In this document: positions 59,668 to 64,000 of the stretch, one piece after another | Position numbering within the stretch: the first letter of the stretch is position 1 | How the letters are laid out: each line of letters opens with the position of its first letter | DNA from: Candidatus Hadarchaeales archaeon | Lineage (GTDB): Archaea > Hadarchaeota > Hadarchaeia > Hadarchaeales > WYZ-LMO6 | Length of the DNA: 64,000 bases | Assembly: GCA_038851755.1 (NCBI GenBank) | Contig: JAWCKR010000005.1 | Span: forward strand, 5,819-69,818 | Reading direction: 5' to 3' | Position numbers and translations under genes: made by a program | The notes under the pieces: generated by a model | Seen by the model: only the letters and a program-made list of their open reading frames with translations | What the model was told of the DNA's origin: nothing | Databases searched by the model: none

Positions 59668-59951
59668 AGGGCTAGGTTGTAGACCAGAATCCATACCAGC
59701 AGCCAGCAGGCGAGGAAGGACCAGATGCCCAGCTTGAGGGCCTTCACCGCCGACCACCCTCCCTCGGGGAACTGGGAGGGAGGGAGCTTCAGGAGGAAGG
59801 GGGTGAGCCTGTAGGCCAGGAAGAAGAAAACGAGGAAGAGGAGGAGGGCTGGGGAGGAGGAGCCCAGCTCAGCCGAAGCCAGGCCGGAGAGGAGACCTGC
59901 CAGAGCACCGAGCGCCATGAAGGGAAGGGAAGCCCTGGTCTTGAACTCCAA
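59664..59951 (-). CDS. small three-TM membrane protein (EMC6-like, tentative)
   Basis: GALAGLLSG, GIWSFLACWLLVWILVYNL; TTG start after GGAGGTGA. Confidence 0.7.
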   Translation of the reverse strand: MEFKTRASLPFMALGALAGLLSGLASAELGSSSPALLLFLVFFFLAYRLTPFLLKLPPSQFPEGGWSAVKALKLGIWSFLACWLLVWILVYNLAL

Positions 59952-59982
59952 CCTCTCACCTCCCGTTCTTCGTGGGGGGAGA

Positions 59983-60660
59983 CTAAAAAGGTTCCATCCT
60001 CGCCTCCACCACCACCAGCTCCTCGAAGGGTAGCTTGAGCCTGGAGAGGAGGCGAATCCCCAGCCCTTCCTCCCTGACCCTCCTGAGGGTTTCCTCCACC
60101 CCCGAGAGGGAGGACTGTACGAAGAGGGCCCTTCCCCCCTTGGAGAGGTGGAGAGGAAGAGCGGAGAGGAAGGGGTCGAGCACCTTCCTGCCGTCCTCCC
60201 CCCCGCTCCACCTGGGATCACCCTCGCCCTCTTCGGGGAGGTAGGGGGGGTTGAAGACGATCAGGTCAAACCTCAACTCCCCCACCGGCTCGAAGAGATG
60301 TCCCTTCCTCAGCTCCACCCTCGGCCCCACCCCGTTCCTCCATGAGTTGAGCCAAGCGCACCTGAGGGCCTCCTCACTCACGTCGGTGGCCAGCACCCTT
60401 CCCCCCCTCTCCGCCGCCAGCACGGCGAGGATTCCGCAACCCGTTCCCAGCTCCAGCACCCTCTCCCCCTCCCTCACCTCGAGGTGGTCGGCGAGCAGGA
60501 AGGTATCCTCCGCCGGCTCGTAGACCTCGGGGAGAACGAGGAACTCCCTTCCCCGGTAGAACGTTCTGAGGACTCGACGGTGGGTCCCCCCACCTCCCCT
60601 CTCCACCTCTGCTCTCGGGAGGATTTTCCTTGTGTCAACCGCAGTACCACCACCAGTCAA
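59983..60660 (-). CDS. HemK2/N6AMT1-type SAM methyltransferase
   Basis: VYEPAEDTFLL, LELGTGCG, FNPPYLP, WSGGEDGR; start uncertain. Confidence 0.9.
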   Translation of the reverse strand: MTGGGTAVDTRKILPRAEVERGGGGTHRRVLRTFYRGREFLVLPEVYEPAEDTFLLADHLEVREGERVLELGTGCGILAVLAAERGGRVLATDVSEEALRCAWLNSWRNGVGPRVELRKGHLFEPVGELRFDLIVFNPPYLPEEGEGDPRWSGGEDGRKVLDPFLSALPLHLSKGGRALFVQSSLSGVEETLRRVREEGLGIRLLSRLKLPFEELVVVEARMEPF

Positions 60661-60807
60661 AGGCTCACCCCACCGCTACCTGCTGGTTTTAGAGGTTTAA
60701 AGTCAAAAATCTCCCCTCTTCTTGTCCATGTGACTCGGCCCTTAAGTGCTGGGTGTGGCGCACTCCAGAAGATTTAAATCCCCACCAACAGGGGAGCATG
60801 TGGTCTG

Positions 60808-61338
60808 ATGAAAAACGAAAGGATGGGGATAGCCACAAGTGTTCTCTTAGTAATAATAGTGATCGTCGGTGCTGCCGCGGCTGGAGCATACGTGGTGCTC
60901 ACGCGCGAAGGCGGGGAGAGCGGCGGCGAAACTGGTGGAGGTGGGGGCGGCGTGGGGTCGGCGAGCAGCCTGAGTTATACCGTGGATGTGACCCCCCAGG
61001 GTTACGAGACTGTGACCTATACCTTCAAGATAAAAGACATTGGGCAGGCGACGGTAAGGTACAGAATAGAGTGGACCTCGGGAGGATTCCCTACAGTACT
61101 AATCGTGAACCGGGCGGAAAATAAAGTGTGGATGCGGGTCGGAGAAATGGAATGGATGGACATGTCAAGCCAAATGAATTGGCAAAGCTACACCGCCTCC
61201 GCTGAGCAGTACAGGACCCGATTGCAGAACTGGGTAAGTGGCGACTACACCTACACGGACCCAAACGGAACCAGGGTGAGGATTTACAACATCCAAGTGA
61301 ACCCATCGCTTCCCGACTCTCTGTTCACACCCGATTGA
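60808..61338 (+). CDS. membrane-anchored extracellular protein
   Basis: N-terminal TM, Gly-rich linker, beta-rich domain ending NPSLPDSLFTP. Confidence 0.8.
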   Translation: MKNERMGIATSVLLVIIVIVGAAAAGAYVVLTREGGESGGETGGGGGGVGSASSLSYTVDVTPQGYETVTYTFKIKDIGQATVRYRIEWTSGGFPTVLIVNRAENKVWMRVGEMEWMDMSSQMNWQSYTASAEQYRTRLQNWVSGDYTYTDPNGTRVRIYNIQVNPSLPDSLFTPD

Positions 61339-61418
61339 GAGGAAAGCTGCATCCTCCTTTTCCTTCATGGGCAGGGGACTCGCTGAACCCCAGCGGTATT
61401 CTGGCCGAGACCACCTCT

Positions 61419-61949
61419 TCAAAGAAGGAGCCTTGCAGAGAGAAGCAGAGAGCACATCCCCAGCACGTCGCAGAGGGAAGTGATGACGGGTCCCGTGACG
61501 TTGTCGGGGTCCAGCCCCCTGGCGAAGGATATCAGGGCGAGGAGGGCCGAGGAGAAGACCACGACGGGGGTAAGGATGAGACCGCTCATCAGCATGACCA
61601 GGGCGAGTCTCCCGGACCCGCCCACCACGAGGAGATAGAGGAGGAGAACGGCGGAGGTTGCCGTGTACATCAGCAGGCTGGAAGCGGAGATGGCCTTCAG
61701 GTTGAAGTAGAGCACCTTCCTCTGCCCCGGAGCTATGGTGCCCAGGTGGAGGGCCGAGCTGAGCCTGGCCCCCAGAATCGCGCCCACGTTTCCGGCGATG
61801 TCGTTGATGGGTGGCACCATCACCAGGAGGAAGGGGATGGAGTAGAAGAGGTCGAGCTGGTGCTCCGCCAGCAGGCCTGAGAAGGTGGAGATGAAAGCGC
61901 AGACGACCAAAACGGAGTAGGTTTCTGCCACCGTCCTCCAGAAGCGCAA
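61419..61949 (-). CDS. MgtE-like integral membrane protein
   Basis: AGNVGAILGARLSSALHLG, GLDPDNVTGP. Confidence 0.88.
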   Translation of the reverse strand: MRFWRTVAETYSVLVVCAFISTFSGLLAEHQLDLFYSIPFLLVMVPPINDIAGNVGAILGARLSSALHLGTIAPGQRKVLYFNLKAISASSLLMYTATSAVLLLYLLVVGGSGRLALVMLMSGLILTPVVVFSSALLALISFARGLDPDNVTGPVITSLCDVLGMCSLLLSARLLL

Positions 61950-61953
61950 CCCC

Positions 61954-62505
61954 TCACCCCCAGAAGATGACCACCAGGTAGATACAGAGGACGGTGATGA
62001 TATCCCCCAGGGTGGTCATCACGGGCCCCGTAACATTATCTGGATCCCACTTCCGCCTGAAGGAGAGAAAAGTCACGGTGATGGTCAGGAAGGTGATCAG
62101 GACGCCTGCCAGGGTGCCGGAGACCAGGGCGATGCCCAGCAGGTCCAAGAAGTGGGAGGAGAGGCCCAGGGAGCCCCGGATCACCAGCGAAACCCCAGCC
62201 ACGGTCACGGAGCCCACGATGCTGAGGAAGACCGCAGCCAGCGCGTTTCCCACCAGCTCCCAGCTCCTGGAGAGCTTCGGCCTGAGGACACCCAGGTGGA
62301 GAGCGGTACCCAGCCTGGAGCCCAGCGCGCAGCCTATGTTTCCCCTCAGCCCCACCAGGGGAGGAACCATCGTGAGGAGGCCAGGAATGACGTAGAACCT
62401 CTCCTTCATCCCCTCCAGCACCGAACCAGCAGTGAAGTCTGCCACGGCACACAAGGTCAGCACGGAAAGACTCTGAACCAGCAGGTTCCTGAGGGCCTTC
62501 TCCAT
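61954..62505 (-). CDS. MgtE-like integral membrane protein
   Basis: GLRGNIG..GSRLGTALHLG, DPDNVTGPVMTTLGD. Confidence 0.88.
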   Translation of the reverse strand: MEKALRNLLVQSLSVLTLCAVADFTAGSVLEGMKERFYVIPGLLTMVPPLVGLRGNIGCALGSRLGTALHLGVLRPKLSRSWELVGNALAAVFLSIVGSVTVAGVSLVIRGSLGLSSHFLDLLGIALVSGTLAGVLITFLTITVTFLSFRRKWDPDNVTGPVMTTLGDIITVLCIYLVVIFWG

Positions 62506-62615
62506 TCCCCCACCGAACCCCCCTCGGCACCTTTTCCTTAAAGGGTTAGGCCCCCGCCGCCCCGGGGAGCTACGATAGGGTTAAAAGGGGGTGAAAGGGA
62601 GGAGGATGGGAGAAA

Positions 62616-62969
62616 ATGAAGGCGGACATGAAGAAGCTGATAGGGCCCATAGCCTTCTACATAGCCCTGCTGATAGCGGTGGTGGCAGCGGTAGCCGTGG
62701 ACCCGTCTGGCAAGCTCTACGGGGCGCTGGCGGTGCTGGGGCTCATCGTGGCCGTGTGCAACATCACGGGAGAGGAGACCGAGAAGTTCATCATGAGTTC
62801 CATAGCCTTCATCATCGCCGCGCTGGGCATGTACAGCATGATCACCGTCACCGGCGTGGACCTGGCGGACGAAATCGTCAACTTGGCGGCTAACATCACG
62901 GTGCTGCTGGGCGCCGGAGTGGCCCTCATCTCCCTGAAGGCCGTCTACCAGCTGGCCAAGAGCGCCTAA
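62616..62969 (+). CDS. small membrane protein
   Basis: Four hydrophobic helices, upstream TTAAAA box, T-rich terminator downstream. Confidence 0.75.
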   Translation: MKADMKKLIGPIAFYIALLIAVVAAVAVDPSGKLYGALAVLGLIVAVCNITGEETEKFIMSSIAFIIAALGMYSMITVTGVDLADEIVNLAANITVLLGAGVALISLKAVYQLAKSA

Positions 62970-63028
62970 AACCCGCTCTTTTCTTTTTTTCTTTTTTCTC
63001 ACACCAACCAGCAGGAACTTTCTTTAGG

Positions 63029-63120
63029 AGCCCCGGGCGGGAATTGAACCCGCGACCTCGCGCTCTTCGGTTCCTCGGGGAATACCAAGCGCGCGCTCTT
63101 ACCGACTGAGCTACCGGGGC
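63029..63120 (-). tRNA. tRNA-Thr(GGT) with 18-nt intron (63065-63082)
   Basis: GCCCCGG acceptor, GCTC/GAGC D stem, CGCGC/GCGCG anticodon stem, GGT anticodon, intron at 37/38 with BHB-like motif, TTCAATT T loop. Confidence 0.95.
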
Positions 63121-63195
63121 CTTCTTCTTTCGCTTCCCCGGCTAAAAAAACCGACGGAAAGGGCAGGGGGAAAAGAATCCTCCATCACCCCTCCT

Positions 63196-63211
63196 TGTTT
63201 CATATGAAACA
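63196..63211. promoter_or_regulatory. perfect 16-bp palindrome, candidate operator
   Basis: TGTTTCATATGAAACA about 40 nt upstream of an ABC binding protein gene. Confidence 0.5.
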
Positions 63212-63248
63212 GTAAAGGATAAAGGGAAACTGCTGGGGAAGTCGTGAG

Positions 63249-64000
63249 ATGAAGGCTGGCTTAGCCGGCATGCTGGTCATCCTGGTGGCCGCTCTCCTGG
63301 CCCTGGGCTACCTGGGTTACTCGGGGAAGCCCAAACCCCTCCTGAGCCCTGAAAACACCCTGACCACCGTGGACGACTCTGGAAAGTACGTGGAGGTCCC
63401 GCAACCCGTCGAGAGGGTGGTCCTGCTGCACAGCGATGCCGGGGAGATCGTGTGCGCCCTCGGCGCGGAGAACCTGGTGGTCGGGGTGAGCCCCACCACC
63501 AAAAGGAAGATGGCCCCCAAGTTCGACAACCTTCCGGAGGTAGGCAGCTGTTCCTCCCCCAACTACGAGGCCATCCTGGAGCTCCAACCCGACCTGGTGA
63601 TCACCTACAGCGGGAGCGTGGGCTCGGAGGAAGAACTGAGGAAGAGGCTGGAGCCGCTGGGCATCAGGATCCTGTGCCTGGATGCCTACAAGCTGGAGCT
63701 CATCCCCAGAGATGTGAGGCTGCTGGGACTGGTGCTGGGCAAGGGGGAAAGGGCGGAAGAATACGCGGGCTTCTTCGAACGAAACCTGAAACTCATTGAA
63801 AACAGGGTCTCCGGTCTTTCCCCCGAAAACAAGGTGCGCGTCTACGTGGAGGGACACAAAGACTATCAGACGGCCTCTTACGGCACGATGGCCCACGGCA
63901 TCGTAACCGCCGCGGGTGGTCTGAACCTGGCGGCCGGGGAGCCCACCTCCTACCCCATCGTCTCCCCCGAGTGGGTGCTGGAGAAAAACCCCGACGTGAT
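63249..64000 (+). CDS. metal-chelate/cobalamin ABC substrate-binding protein, partial
   Basis: Manual translation MKAGLAGMLVILV..TVDDSGKYVEVPQPVERVV..PNYEAILELQPDLVI; runs off window. Confidence 0.88.
   Translation, partial: MKAGLAGMLVILVAALLALGYLGYSGKPKPLLSPENTLTTVDDSGKYVEVPQPVERVVLLHSDAGEIVCALGAENLVVGVSPTTKRKMAPKFDNLPEVGSCSSPNYEAILELQPDLVITYSGSVGSEEELRKRLEPLGIRILCLDAYKLELIPRDVRLLGLVLGKGERAEEYAGFFERNLKLIENRVSGLSPENKVRVYVEGHKDYQTASYGTMAHGIVTAAGGLNLAAGEPTSYPIVSPEWVLEKNPDV

Noticed and set aside
63065-63082. tRNA intron as unusual, or the tRNA as an integration site
   Set aside because: A canonical 37/38 intron is common in archaea; I saw no integrase or duplicated tRNA 3' end

Overview
GC-rich, gene-dense archaeal chromosome segment. 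Archaeal markers include RadA, multi-OB RPA, PolB3, Rpo7/Spt4, eS1, class I LysRS, methanogen-type SerRS, FBP aldolase/phosphatase, archaeal riboflavin genes, SRP RNA and an intron-containing tRNA-Thr. A Hadarchaeota-like anaerobe is a guess, not something the sequence proves. Most of the window is housekeeping, and I see no CRISPR array, integrase or transposase. The most notable item is a roughly 233-nt, highly structured, apparently non-coding RNA (7387-7619, minus strand) with its own TATA box and oligo-T end, directly upstream of polB; I cannot assign it to a known family. Other highlights: (1) an orphan NuoEFG-like module next to a PhoU-type regulator and an unusual fusion of a TraB/ChaN-like domain to methylene-H4MPT dehydrogenase; (2) a winged-helix/LigD-type primase-polymerase beside endonuclease V, plus a stand-alone LigD phosphoesterase; (3) a three-way-junction RNA leader on a CxxC-x17-CxxC gene; (4) a NikR-like operator on a CooC/CooT/FmdE/ABC cluster; (5) probable CTG starts for XPD and XPF; (6) several microproteins missing from the ORF track. 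All calls come from motif recognition by eye, with no database searches.
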